Assembly (NCBI GenBank): GCA_003427395.1
Contig: BFEA01000027.1
Location: 3,331,573 to 3,386,873, forward strand
DNA: 55,301 nucleotides
Direction: 5' to 3'
Origin: Chara braunii
Taxonomy: Eukaryota; Plantae; Charophyceae
The notes beneath the pieces are model-generated. The model had not been told where the DNA came from. It searched no databases and saw only the letters and a program-made list of their open reading frames with translations. The position numbers were made by a program, and so were the translations under genes. Positions 11,615-25,395 of the stretch are shown here, piece by piece. Each line of letters starts with the position of its first letter. The first letter of the stretch is position 1.

Positions 11615-12608
11615 TTTAAAGTTTAAACCTCCTGTTGCTAAGCATTTCCTTCTTTTACATGTTTACCCCCCCTCTCCTCTTCTCAGTTCAAAACGAAACC
11701 TTCAATCAGATAATCAGACAAAAAAACTGGCTGCAAATAATAATATGCATACCCCTCCTCCTCCGGAGGAACACAGTCAAACCAGGTAGTGGAGTCGATC
11801 AGGCCAGCAGCCACCCGTCCCCTCCTCTGGCTTAATACCCCTTCCCCTCAACAACCACGGCACCCCATCCTGCCAGCCAAGAGAACGTGATTGTGAAGTG
11901 CATTGGGCTGCAACTCTTGTCCACATCCATCCTCCAGCAGAAACTTATGACAGAAAAATGCACACAAGGAGTACCTTTTGGGGCAAGATTGGGACGCACT
12001 GGTTAGGCGATCCGGGCAGATTCACCTATCCTTTGAACAGCAACTGTGGTAAACCCTTCCCCCAGGGCTCAGGAATTTGACAAAATGAAGGTTGCCAGGC
12101 TTTTGCATATTTGTATCCCCCCTCACAATCAATCAGAAATAGATTGTGGGCTTGTTCATGTCAATGAAAAACTGCCGTCTTCACCTGGATAGAATGCCCG
12201 GTCATTATCACTGCATTTAGACTGGATGAAGACGGTAGTACACTATTCCAGCAAAAAGAAACACTCTAATTATCTATCACAGGGGAAGGTTAGAATGTCA
12301 CATAGCATTCTTCATCAGACCAAAGCTCAGAGAATCCACTGCGATCAAAAGGTTAATTTTAGAGACAAGAGGATGACTACATTGAGCTGTACCTGCCAAG
12401 AAAGGTAGTCTCACTACCGTCTTCATCTGAATAGAAAGTACGGGACTTGCTACTGGAGTACAACCCATGTCTAGATACAGTGAGAGTGGCCGGGAGTTCG
12501 ATTCAGGTGCAGATGGTAGTTCAGGAGAAGCACAGTGGGGGAGAAATGCACACACACTGTGAAAAAATGGGAAGAGAGAGAACAACAGAAAGGGAGAAAG
12601 AAGAGGAG

Positions 12609-12666
12609 GATGAAGATGAAGATGAAGATGAAGATGAAGATGAAGATGAAGATGAAGATGAAGAAT
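12609..12666. repeat. (GATGAA)n microsatellite
   Basis: Direct observation. Confidence 0.95.
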
Positions 12667-13306
12667 AACTCTGCAGAATCCCCTTACAATGCTTTAACTC
12701 ATAACCTACTTCAGACCCTGTTGCAAGTGGGCAACCGCAGCAAGTGTGCAGTGCATCATGTTGACAAGGCATCTCGCAGCAAGGCATAACGGGCAGGCAG
12801 GTAGGTGGGTGAGCAGGCACACATCAGCACAGCAAGGCAGTCAGCAAGGTATGAAATAGTCAGCATCAGGCATGGCAAGCAGGTGGGCAGGCGGGCACGG
12901 GGGTGGGTACACAACAACACAGTGAGGCACACAGCATGGCAGCCAGCAACCCGGCAAGGCACACAGCACAGTGGACGGTAAAGCGACAAGTGCGCAGAAA
13001 GGCAAGCAGGACAACTACGACAACATAGAAACCCAGGGACGCAGCAGGGATCAGAGTGGACTATCACCTACTTACATCACAAGGTAAACTCTGCAGACGG
13101 TAGGTTCATGGCATGATCAAAAGCCAGGAAGCCACAAGAGAAATGTCTGTGGCCACCACAAACCACAGACACAGGCACCCCGAGCACAGCAGGGCCCCTC
13201 TTAGTGTTGCAGGCACTTGTAGCAAACAGGTGCTGACTATTTGACTCTTCTTAAAGCTGGTGCACTTGGACACTGACAAGACCACAGAGGGCGAAAACCA
13301 AACAAA

Positions 13307-13308
<2 letters not shown>

Positions 13309-13391
<83 letters not shown>
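13309..13391. repeat. (GT)n microsatellite
   Basis: Direct observation. Confidence 0.98.
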
Positions 13392-13392
<1 letters not shown>

Positions 13393-13434
13393 ATTTGTGT
13401 ATGTGTGTGGAGATGTGTGTAACAGTCCATGTTA

Positions 13435-13790
13435 CACCCAGATGAGTCGGTCCAAAATCAAAGCACCTTTACGTCTGTTGCAGACAATGAAGCACACTTG
13501 AGATGAGCCAATCCAACAATGAAACAGTTTTGCCTCGTTAGCAAAGAACATGAAGCAAAATAGAGCCATTATATCCCTTTCTGAACTATCTTTACTTTGG
13601 CTTTCTTGGGGGTACCCCTTTTATTTGTTCTTGCAGCTCCCCTTTTGCTGTGCCTTGCACATACAAGGCTGGCCACCTTGATTGCGGTTGAGCGCCAGCT
13701 GCCCAAATCCCCGTGTGCCTTAACGGCCCACTTGCACATTATGAAAAGAGGCAGAGTAAAGGGGGATGTACACTCTGTTCATTTTTCCTC
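13435..13790 (+). repeat. Dispersed ~350-bp repeat family (other copies at 24187-24515 and partially 14390-14545)
   Basis: Shared ACCCAGATGAGT...TCCAAAAT, AGCACACTTGAGA.GAGCCAA, ATGAAACAGTTTTG, GCAGCTCCCCTTTTGCTG, TTGATTG.GGTTGAGCG..AGCTGCCCA, AGAGTAAAGGGGGA. Confidence 0.85.
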
Positions 13791-16219
13791 ATATCTTCAG
13801 TTCATATTTTGTTTGTTTTCTTAACGATGCTCATTCATATGCTTTTACTCGTAGTACACAAGAGGAGGGAGGAAGGAAAGTGGTCAAGGCTGGAATTCTA
13901 TAGGAAGTGATGGTTGGGGAAGGAAGAAAGGTAAGAGGAGGGACGTGGAGGGGCAAAGAACAGAACAGAGGAAAGGCGACATTCACAGGGTTGGGTGTGT
14001 GCGTGTTGTCATGTTCGCTATACACAACTCCACAAAAGAAGTATCGACTGTGCCTGACTGTTTTATCGGACGTTCACCAACTCATTAGGAGGTTGAACCC
14101 CGACAGTCTGCCCCTAAATGAATTTGAGTCTTTGAGACGAATTGACCGATGGATAAGGACTCACCACGCTGCCCAGAGTTAGCGATACCCATCCCTGAGA
14201 GAGAAAAGTGGTCCACTTTACTCACACCAACCCCGCAATCCTAGCAGACTGCCGTTACAAGCGCTTGACAATAATGGCAGTAAGTCAGAGAAACACAGCC
14301 ATAAAAAAGCCGCTCTACACACCCACTGTGTGTGTTTGTGTGTGTGTGCAGTCTCCACCGCTCGTAACAACGACCTCCAGCCAGTATTCTGCTCCCCTTT
14401 TGCCATGCCTCTTACATATAAAGGCTCGCCACATTGATTGCGGTTGAGAGTGAGCTGCCCACATCCCTGTGTGCCATAATGGCCCGGTTGCGTGCTATGG
14501 AAAGGAGGCAGAGTAAAAGGGGAGGTATACACCTGCTCATTTTTCCGCACACTTTCACCTATCATTGCTGGAGGCCGGCATTTGCACCAGATACTAATGG
14601 CAGCCACTTGTGCAACATTTGCCCCACTAGCAGCCACCCTGAGCACAAGTACAGCTGATCAGCTTCCGTTACCGGCATCCGGCCCACCAGCTTCTCATCC
14701 ATCTAGCCCTGATTGTTCCCCCGCTCCAACTGGCAATGATCCACCTTCACATCACTTGCCGGAGCCCCTGACTGGAGATGACCTTTCTCTGGGATGCATG
14801 CTGCAGTCAATGGAGTTACAGCCGGAGGAACCTGACAGAAACAGTCAAGATGGCAATGAACCCCCCCTAGGGCAACCTGCAGAATCAAATGATCTGATTG
14901 TGCTACAGCGCTCAATTCTCCATTTCTTCATGTCATCGCTCTTATACACCACAGATAAGCAACGGGTACCCAGACCCACACCCACCCACACCCACCCCAC
15001 CCACGGGGCATTGGGTCAGGTGTGGGTCTTGATAAGCTGGCATGGATGGTATGAGGGTGGGTCTAGGCGAGCCAGCTCGGGTGGATGACGGGCGGGTCAA
15101 TTTAGGCCTGGGTCACCCGAATGGGTGGGTGACAAGCGGGTGAGAACTAGGCCTGGGTCACCCAACACACAGACCCAGGACAACCCATAATAACCCCCCA
15201 GCCCCCCCAACCCCTCATACGTATTTTCCAGCTGCGGTCCACCTGTGGCCCAGAAAACGGAAAGTCTCCAGCCAGGGGCCTCCTGGAAAAAAAAAGTTGT
15301 GGATCCTCCTTCAAAAAAATGTGTCGCACTCTATTGATGGCAGCATTACCATGGCCCAAGAATGGGATGTTAGCTCCCATTAAAACAACGAGGATTGAAC
15401 CTAACCACAGTAGGTAGGAAGGTTGGCTCCCCAATGCCAAACTTGTGGAGTGCCTCAAATTTTTGCACTATCCAAAGACGAAGCAAGGTGGAGATGCTTC
15501 ATTTTTTCATGCCGTCATCCAAGGATGTCATGTTGCTGTGGTGCGTGTAAATGTTTGAAGGGACTGAGACAATCGGGAACGGCCGGGTGCAGGTGGTTCT
15601 CGCGGGTGTGGGTGGGTCAGGGTGAAGGTTTTTTACGGGTGATGGGCGGGTTGGGTGTGGGTGGAGATTTTCAAACAAACAGTTGCGTGGGTTGGTCACC
15701 TTGAGTTGTTTTTTTTCTTTTTTTTGGGGGGGGGTTGTACTTCAACAAATTTGGGCAGGTTGGGTAAAGTGCCAATTCAAAAAAAATAAAATTATACACC
15801 ACTAAATTCTCCATTGTTTCATGTCGGCGCTCTTTGCTTATGAATTGCTGCACGGTCACGGAAACTGATTCAGATTAGGCAGGAGGGGATCTCGTAGTTG
15901 ATCTGACCAGACTGGATTGCCTGATCAGAACTCTCAATCTGAATTATTTTCTTTATGACTGCTGTCCAGTCCCAAATGAATTGTCGCTCCAGCTAGGAGT
16001 CCTACCTTCTCTTTCTTTGTGCTTTTCAATTTGTTTTCTTCCATTGAGTTTATTTTTCAATGCCCGTAGAGACTCATGCGCCAAAGAGAGAGAGAGAGAG
16101 AGAAGAGGGAGACTTTTGAGTGTTGCTCTTGAGGGAGTGAGGAGAGGGAAGAGGAGTGTTCGTCCAAGAGTTGAAAGGAAGTGTGGACCCCTCTTGAGAG
16201 ACTTACTGACACCCTCATC

Positions 16220-19200
16220 CTCCATCATGACGACTGCGGCGGAATGGAAGCTGCAAATGGATGCCGCCCTTGAGGGAGAAAAAATACAATATCGGTTCTT
16301 TTACGAAAAGGCATTGCAGAGAGAAAGAGGAGGAGGAGGAGAAGGAACAAAGGAACAAGTTGGAAGCCCATGAGGGTCTCTTCAAGACTGTCTCTAGGAG
16401 AAGGAACAAAGGAACAAGTTGGAAGCCCATGAGTGTATCTTCAAGACTTTCTCTAGTCTGACAGTTGAGCAAGCAAAGGAGAAGGTGGTTCCACTCCTCA
16501 CGGCCATAATAGAGGTCCGGGCCCTTGATGACTACGCAGGCCAGATCTTGCGACTGTTTGATGTAGTCAAAAAGTTGAGAGATGAGATGGCCAAAATGGC
16601 GCAGGAGCACCATGATCAGCTGCAGCAGGGCCAGATTCCCATCCTCCCTCCTCTACTCACTGCCCCTAATGCTGCAAGTCAGTCTGTACTAGCCCCTCTT
16701 ACTCTTTCTTCTTCTTCTTCTTCTTCTTTGAGTGCGGTTAACAACCTATCAGGACCTACAGTAGGAGCAGACTCTGCTGTTGCTGCATCAAGTAACAACG
16801 TAGGAAGTTCTGCAACTGCTGCAGCCCCAAGTTTGGACACAGCAGTTGCTGGTCCCAATTATAGCAGTCCCTATGTGAACAAGAAGGCGGCACAAATTCC
16901 GCCTAGGTACGGCAGGAAGGAGGATATCACCTCTTGGATCAACTCTATGCAATCCTGAATCTGTTGTTGCTGCATCAAGTAACAACGTAGGAAGTTCTGC
17001 AACTGTTGCAGCCCCAAGTTTGGACATAGCAGTTGTTGGTCCCAATTATAGCAGTCCCTATGTGAACAAGAAGGCGGCACAGATTCCGCCTAGGTACGGC
17101 GGGAAGGAGGATATCACCTCTTGGATCAACTCTATGCAATCCTAGTCTGAAGTACTGAGGACACCCCCAGTCATCGAAGCAATGGTCATGGGGACTAACC
17201 TGCAACCCGCCGTACGGAGCTACATACAGCTCCAAGCTGTACATATAGAATATACCCTGACCAAATGGCAAAAGTTTACGCCGGGAGCCACACTTTAAAA
17301 CTAATACTAAAACATTATAAAGATCCACATGCCGCTGTTGAAGCAGGGCTCAAGCTGACAAACTTGACTATGTCAAGCGCGGTAAGTGGACGGGCACCAT
17401 GGAGAATCTATTACTGTATCTCAGTAAACTCTTTGCTACTCCCGGGTTGGATACGACTGCACAGTCATGCTTGGATGTTTCCAAAGGTTCAATTCCCCAA
17501 ACCTTAAGTAATCGCCTTGGGATGAGACTCGTTGCTTACAAGAACTGGCTTTCCCTCATGAAGGATGTAGTCAGCCTATAGGCTCAAGACCTTGTTACCA
17601 CAACGGGTGACAAGAAGGCCTCGGGCCGTAGACGGTATGGAGGCAACAACCGTTTTACTACACTTGACCTGTCAGGGGCCGACGAGGAGGCCTATGCAGA
17701 TGAACCCACTCTTGTTGACGACAAACGAGTAAGACGGTGATACAACCTGTTCCTCATCAGCCCACGAGTCTGAAATGATTAATGAAGATGAAAAACTTAA
17801 TTCCTTTAAAAAGTTGCCAATACCAAGAGACCAAACTGGAACTCAGTGTAACAACATTTGACTCCCCAAAGGAGCCAAAATCCCAACAAGTCCGGAGGAT
17901 GCAGCAACAAACCTTGGTTAGACCTCCGGATCAGTGAGACTGGTTGAAGACATAGGCTCAAGAGGAAGGTTTGCCTGGATTGCCAAAAACAGGGACATGC
18001 AGACCAAGAATGCTTAGGCTGCAGGGAAACCGGTCATGGGCGTAGGGTCGTTGTCAACACACTCTACAACAAGAGAGGCTGAACCGGTAAGTGGCAATTC
18101 CTATGAGAAATCTGATTCAGTTCAACAACCTTCTCTTGATGCCTCATCGTCTGCTGATTCTAAGGCTGATGCTAACCCAATTTTCTATGTCGAGCCTTGG
18201 GAGGAGTCAAGGAAAATCGACTTTCATGCTCACTTACTGCATTGGGATGAGATGAAATAACACCGTCCTCAAGGAAAAGTGGAGTTTATCTTCTTCAAGC
18301 TCATTAACCGCCTTACATCCGTGTGCTGATTGATTGTGGCTCAACAACCAATTTTCTTTCTCCCAATGAACTTCGTAAGGGGACTTAGGGACGAAGCCAG
18401 TGAAGATGCAGAGCCTTTGGCAGACTCAAGTAGGCAACCAAGAGGTTTTCACTTGTATGCATGTAGTCAAAGGTGTGCGCACTACCTTTGACGCAAATCG
18501 CACAATCACGCACACGTTGAATTTCTACGTCCTCGATAAGTGCCCCTTCGACGCAAATCGCACAATCAAGCACACGATGAATTTTTACGTCCTCGATAAG
18601 TGCCCCTTCGACGCAGTTCTTCGCTTGGGTTGATTGAAAGCCCAATGTGCTAGAACTAAGTAGGAAAAATCATTCTTCGTGGTACGTGATGCTAAGGGAA
18701 ACAAACGTTTTGTCCTCTTTGATTAAATGAGCGAGTCACCTGTACTTCTGTTGAATGCGATGAAGTTCTGTAAAAAGTGGAGCATGTGCAAGGAAGATGG
18801 GTGATTGTACACAGCCTTTGTGAGACCTTCCCATGTGCCTTCTACTTTTGGGGTTTGTAATACTTCTACTTTGCATGATGTAACTACTTCATTTACTTTG
18901 ACTCCAAATGATTCCACTTTGAATTCTATTGTTTTGGCTGTCAATTTGCCGCTTGATTTGCCTGTACCTTATTGTGATTTCCCGCCCCCCCAGATCCAAC
19001 AAACATCCAACGCCTCCTCAACTGATTTCCTGAAGTCCTAGCCGGACCACATGGAGTTCCCGTACGTCCGGTTAGACACAAGATCGAGTCAATAGAAGGC
19101 AACGTTCCTCTAAGGGGTTGCGTGTACCGTATGGGACTTGGCGAATTGGAGAACTCTGACGAGATGATTGACAATGGGTGGATCAGACGTAGTGAGTTTA

Positions 19201-21258
19201 AATTCGGTGCACCGGTTTTGTTTGTCCCAAAGAAAGACGGCGAACTTCGGATATGTATTGACTACCGTGGATTAAACAGAATTACAAGAACGAATGCATA
19301 CCCATTGTCACGCATTGATGATTTGCTCGATATTGCATGTGGGTGCAAGGTCGTCTCCAAGATCGATTTTAAATATGGTTACCACCAGATTGAAGTCAAT
19401 CCAGCGAACCAGCAAAAGATTGCATTCAAGACTCGCGATGGGCTATACGAGTTCACCATTATGCCCTTCAGACTCATAAATGCACCTGCCACCTTTCAGA
19501 GTCTCATGGTTTTCAGAGATCAGATCAATCGATTCATTGTTGTTTATCTTCATGACATTTTGATTTTCAGCAAGTCTACGGATGAGAACATTAGACACCT
19601 TAAGGAGGTGTTAAGCATCCTCAAGAAAGCGCCGCTCCATCTCAACTGGGAGAACTCTGAATTTGGGAGGTACAACGTCATCTACTTGGACACCGGTTGT
19701 CTACTGCAGGCCTTGAGCCCGAGGCAACGCAAGTGGCCTCAATAGGTGAATGTCCACGAACTGCATTTTTTTCTTGGTCTTGTGTCATACTATTGGAAGT
19801 TTGTTCCCAAATTTTATGTCATTGCTCACCCATTGTCTAGACTAACTAGCAAGAGTGTATCTTACACATGGAGTGATGCAAGCAAGACTGCCTTTCGAAC
19901 CTTGAAAAAAACCTTGGTGAGTCATTTTGTGCTCCGCATTGCGAAAGCTTATTGCAACAGTTTGATTGGCCCGGAATGAAAGGATCTGCCCACAAGTTGT
20001 GGTTGGGTGTCAAGTATGTCAATGAATCAAACCATATAGACAAAAGCCCATTGGCCTGCTAAAACCTCTCTCCATTCTCGATGGTCCCCGGGGGTCAGTT
20101 TCCATCGACTTGACGGATATGGGTAAGTTGAGTAGGAACGGATACAAGTGATGGTGATTGTTGAATGTTTTTCTAAGTTTTTGAATCTGATTCTATTGTC
20201 ACCTCACGCCCCAAATAACCTTGTGATTCGTGAGTTCCATCAGAAGTACATTCTGCATTATGTCCCCCTCAAGACTCTCGTGAGTGATCAGGACACCCAG
20301 TTCATAAATGCAAATTGGAAGGACTTCACTTCTCAACTCTACGATATCAAACTGAAGATGACATCTGGTCAACATCTCAAAGCCAATGGTTTGGCTGAGG
20401 AAATCAACCAGACTTTTACATGACTTCACCATGCTCTAATTGTTCCCAACCAGAACACGTGGGATGAAGAATTGTACACAGTGAAGGGGTTGTACAACAA
20501 CTCCATTTACTCCGCCGCTGGAATGACACCGAATCAGTTGCATCACGATCGGCAAATTCGCAATCCTCTATCCTTCTTGTTCCCTGATCAGAAACCTGGT
20601 TTGACACTTGGCATGCCTGGATATCTTGCCAAGCATGATCGCTTGCTCAACGTTGTTGTTGGAGCAATGGCCAAGCAACAACATGCCATGATCAAGCATG
20701 CAAACAAAAAACGCAGGCCTTCGACTTTGGAAGTGGGAAGTTATGTCTGCATTGTCTGGTTAAAGATGTCTGAGTTTTCAGAAGAAGAGGGGGTGTCACA
20801 AAAACTTATCCCTCTCTACTACAGTCCGTGGAAGTTCTGAAGGTGGTGGGGGATGATGCATTTGCACATGTATCCGGTCTTTCCAGTGTCTGAACTGTTT
20901 TTGTATCTTGCTCCTGATTCCTTTGATTGTCGCGAGCCTATGATCCCTCGTGCAATCAATGCCGGTCATGAGATAGACAGAATTGTAAGCCATACTGGAA
21001 AGGGACGTAACAAACAGTACCAAGTTCACTTTCTATATCACCCGTTATATGACCTTTACTGGATTTCGAAGAAAGAATTGCTGCAGAGCACACCTCGCGT
21101 TGTCAAAGCTATGAACGCCAGCTAGTTTCCAATGCTAATCCCACATTCTCCGTGAAACTCACTGCCACTGAGTATACAGCAGCTCTCTTTGCTATATTTG
21201 CTTATGATGTGTTCTGCAATTACCCACTCGAAGGGACCTCGCTCTTGAGGGGGGTTAG
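16220..21258 (+). mobile_element. Degenerate Ty3/Gypsy chromovirus internal region (gag-PR-RT-[RH largely deleted]-IN-chromodomain-PPT)
   Basis: Gag zinc knuckle CLDCQKQGHADQEC (17972-18013). Protease VLIDCGST (~18323). RT FGAPVLFVPKKDGELRICIDYRGLN...YLHD (19122-19745). Integrase (~19970-20840). Chromodomain EIDRIVSH...QYQVHF...YWISKKEL (~20970-21080). PPT GAGGGGGGTTAG (21247-21258). Many stops and frameshifts. Confidence 0.93.
19122..19950 (+). pseudogene. Ty3/Gypsy reverse transcriptase (inactivated)
   Basis: Canonical RT motifs are present, but YLDD is mutated to YLHD and there is a frameshift near 19690-19746. Confidence 0.93.
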
Positions 21259-21660
21259 TGTGAGGACCTGCAAAAACACGGACTGAGAACACTGCTGATT
21301 TCTCAGTTTTGCCGCTGGAATGTATGCCTTGCTGAGATTCCCGCTTTTTGCCGAGTTTTCTAAGTCTGCGTGCGGATGTGCTTGCTGGTCCGTGTGCCTG
21401 TGTCAGTGCTGGTCCGCCTGAGTGTGTGTGTGGCCTTCCAGGGCACTTGTTCGTTTGGGTGGCCCGCAGGGCCGATACTTACCTGTGGCCGTGACTTTGA
21501 GGGTTACTGCAGGGAAAAGTACTTGTAGCCGAAGGGGTAGCTCAGGGCACACTAAAGTAGTGGTAGGTAGGTCCCGGCAGCACTTGAGTAGCGGTAGTCC
21601 GAGCAGAAGAAGACACAAAACTAGTACCTTTAGGGTAGAGGTCGTAGTGTAGAGTCTAGG
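21259..21660 (+). repeat. Probable start of the 3' LTR of the Gypsy element (right end not determinable)
   Basis: TG(TGAGG) immediately follows the PPT. No matching 5' LTR was found in the window. Confidence 0.55.
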
Positions 21661-22463
21661 GCCTGTAGCGGTAGATATCAGGTCTGCAATGATGTTTCCC
21701 CCCGAAAGGGAGGAACCGGTTGCTTGGAGGCCGCCCGGCCTGGAAGTCACCACCCAAGAGGCAGGTTGGCCTCTATATCTCCAGGCAGAGCAACTTGCTC
21801 TGCCTCATTTGCTGCGTGCAAGTTTTGGGCGTCATGCTGCTGGAGCGCTTGGAGGAGCAGCGCTGTGTGGAGCGCTAGGGGAGAGGAGCGCCAGGGCTTC
21901 CACCTCGGCTATGGTGGACAGCACCTGGTGGGAGGAGGAAGAAAGGGAATAGGGAGGAGAGCAGCCAGGGGTGCTTAACTGGCTATGGTGGGAGCCATCT
22001 TCATCTCCTTGGTAGGCGCAGCATCTTGAAGGCCCCAAGTGAGGTAGCACTACATCAAGAAAGCTTCAGGGCAGAGTCCGGCATGGCGGCCTGAGTGTAG
22101 AGGACATTGCTTCTTTTGAACATCGCAGCAGGGCCCATAATAGTCCGCCATAGCAAGTACCTGTCAGAGGTGGAGGAAGATGGAGGTCATGGCTATGGTG
22201 GACCTCATATTGTGCTGGCAGTAGGAGAGGGATTCAGACATTGGTCCTGGTTCAGCCATTCATTGTTATTATTATTATTATTATTGCTGAATAAGAGAGG
22301 GGGAGATAAGGAGGAGGAGATTGGTTGGCTGCCAGATGCAGGTGCGTGATTTTGAATTATAGTTGATCATAATGAAAAACAGAGGACCGTTTTTGCTTCA
22401 TACGTTCAGCAAGACTTGAGGCACCTTGTCCCCCCCCCAAAAAAAAAAAAAATAAAGGACTTA

Positions 22464-22920
22464 GGGCCTACTCACACTAGGGCATTTTATCAAAAAATCG
22501 CTAAAATTTGATGGTTGGCCCAGTCACACGAGGCACCCAGAGTGGCAAAAGAAGCAAACCGGGTATCAAATGTCAGTGGCCTGGCCGGTCGCGGGGAAGG
22601 TCATTTTGCTACCATCTCTGGAGGTGGTAGCAAACTTTCTTTTCAGTTCGAGATTCCTTCATGAAATGAATTTTGTTGTTGAAGGATTTGTGCCTTGATC
22701 TGTGTAACCATGCGAGGTACCATTTCGGCAATTGCCAGAAAGTCCCACTCATGTCTATGTGACCACGCGGGGCACCAGTTTTGGCAATTGCCAGAAAGTC
22801 CCGCTCGTGTCTTTTGTGATTCGCTACCGCTATGTGACCCGGCAGGGTGCCATTTCAGCAAATGAGAGAGAGCAAAATTTGCAGATTTTGCTGCCATGCC
22901 ACCACTGTGTGAGTATGCCC
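22464..22920. mobile_element. 457-bp PIF/Harbinger (Tourist-like) MITE
   Basis: TIRs GGGCCTACTCACAC / GTGTGAGTATGCCC (13/14 match), flanked by TTA and TCA. Internal repeat GGCAATTGCCAGAAAGTCCC occurs twice. Confidence 0.75.
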
Positions 22921-23471
22921 TCAGGGCACCTCGGTTGTCTTCTATGAGCTCTCCTGCCAAACGCTCCAGCAAGCCATTCATAATGCAACTGAATATGGTG
23001 CACTTCCTTTGCCTGATGCACATGCAGAGTCCCACGTTTTCTTTACCGGAGATAGCTAGAGCATAGTGCACAAGTCACTGGGCTCAAGGTGCTAGAAACA
23101 TAGGGGTTGGAAAGTCAAGATCAAGGCAGATTACTTCGTAGGGGTGGCATCTCCTCACTCGCCTTGCGCGAGCATTATCATTTTCACGTCTGACCTTAGC
23201 TATGGCGTAGCAAAGCGTACCATACGAAACTTCAGCAAAAATTCGGAAGACACGGACACAGAAGATACAAGTATCCACAGCAAGCGTTGAAGCCATTCCA
23301 TTTCAAATGATAGCTGAGATCCGAAGACAAGCTACAAGCAGTACACGGGGTATGAAACGAAAAGGAAAGCGAACAGGTAGGAGAGTAGGGCCGAGAAAGG
23401 AGGATGAACGAAGAAACCAAGAAACAAAGAAAAGGGGAAAGGGGGAGGAAAGAAGAGAGGGAAGAGAACAT

Positions 23472-23473
<2 letters not shown>

Positions 23474-23547
<74 letters not shown>
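23474..23547. repeat. (GA)n microsatellite
   Basis: Direct observation. Other SSRs: (GAT)n ~2680-2740, (AAAG)n 24909-24957, (GT)n 25167-25213, (GAA)n ~25917-25949, (GA)n 27327-27406, (TC)n 55264-55301. Confidence 0.98.
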
Positions 23548-23553
<6 letters not shown>

Positions 23554-24693
23554 GTCCACGCAGGGAACATGACTGCGAATCTCAGAAGCCCAAGCGCTAA
23601 ATCCGTATAAAGAACATGAAGATCATAAATGGCCCCCAACAGGCAAGGCAAACTGTGCAAGAAGCACAGCCGGTCGTCAAGCCCTTACGGAAGCCAATGT
23701 CGGCCAATCCCGACATGTTTTGACTGCAGCCGAGCAGCAGTCATCATCAGGGGAAGGCACTAGGGGCGGGCAGTCACTCATAAAGCGTAAATCAGTCTTG
23801 TTGTTTTTACTTCTGTAATTCCTACCTTTTCTTTTGGAGAAAACTACGGCGCAGTCAGGGTTTGAGTTTGTAATTGCACTTGAGGCAAAAGGGCCGGTAA
23901 TGCTGAATGTATATGACCTACGTTTTGGGTCCGGTGGGGTCGCGTGGGGGGGTGTTGTATTTGCGGGATTGCCTGAAGTGCAATTACAAACTGTTTTCGT
24001 GTCTGCACCGAAGTTACCCCTTTCTTTTGGCACGTGGACAAGGCAGGAGCACTTCAGTTTTCTGCGCCCGTATGGAGACGCAGGTCCAGGATTGCATGTG
24101 GCAAATAGGCGAAGAGGATGTGACTGTGGGTGTGCTTGTGTGCATGCTTCTGTGCGTAGTAAATTGTCACCACAACAGCCCCTTTCCACCCAGATGAGTA
24201 GATCCAAAATGGAAGCAGCTTTACCTATATAGCAGACAAACAAGCACACTTGAGACGAGCCAAAATTTCCAGCCATGAAACAGTTTTGTCTCTATAGCAA
24301 GCAACATGAAGCACAATAAATCCCTTGTATTGCCTTTTGCTTTTCTTTGGGGTCTCCTTTTTGTTTCTTGTTGCAGCTCCCCTTTTGCTGAGGCTCTAAC
24401 GTCCAAGGCTTCCCACGTTGATTGTGGTTGAGCGCAAGCTGCCCACATTCCCATGTGCCATAACGGCCCACTTGCCGGTAGAGTAAAGGGGGAGGAATAC
24501 TCCTGTTCATTTTTCACCGGATTTTGTTTTTTATTAAACTGATCAGAACAGATACTACACTTGATCTTAGCCAAAAGGCCGAGAAAGCTATTTTCACCGG
24601 ATTTTCAGCTTCTGTGTGTGTGTATGTCTGCGTGTAACCCCTTTTCCAACCAGACGCATATACATAATAATCAAACCACAAACCGTGGCAACC

Positions 24694-24728
<35 letters not shown>

Positions 24729-24908
24729 GGGGGGGGGCGCGCAGCGGCGGGGTACTGAGATGAAGCAAACACAAGATAACTAGAGAAAGAGGAGAATGGC
24801 GAGCAAGCCATCCAAGCCCCAATGGTTATGCTACGGGTAAGTGTGCGGGTACGCATCTGCGTATGCATGCGTGCATTCATATGAGCGATGTAGATTGTCA
24901 CCAGACAC

Positions 24909-24955
<47 letters not shown>

Positions 24956-25164
24956 AAAACTCCAACCCAGATGCACAGATCCAAAATTGAAACAGCCTGC
25001 CCATATAATCTGATATAGACTGTCATCGAAACCACCACTTTTCCACCCAGATGCGCAGATACCAAAATTGAAACTGCCTAACGTTGCAATCTCTTATCAA
25101 GTATGTGATATTTTAAATGATGATTGTAATGTTTTGATGAAGGGCGTTTCAAGTTCCACCGCGC

Positions 25165-25213
<49 letters not shown>

Positions 25214-25395
25214 NNNNNNNNNNNNNNNNNNNNNNNNNNNNNNNNNNNNNNNNNNNNNNNNNNNNNNNNNNNNNNNNNNNNNNNNNNNNNNNNNNNNNNN
25301 NNNNNNNNNNNNNNNNNNNNNNNNNNNNNNNNNNNNNNNNNNNNNNNNNNNNNNNNNNNNNNNNNNNNNNNNNNNNNNNNNNNNNNNNNNNNNNN
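25214..25395. other. Assembly gap (N run); further gaps at 27222-27326 and 29363-29512
   Basis: Runs of N. Confidence 1.

Noticed and set aside
12080-12480. Minus-strand LINE RT fragment (FFIDMNK)
   Set aside because: A single weak motif with no supporting neighbours.
14492-15088. 198-aa ORF as a host gene
   Set aside because: It starts inside a dispersed repeat, runs into ACCC-rich repeat sequence, and has no domain motif.
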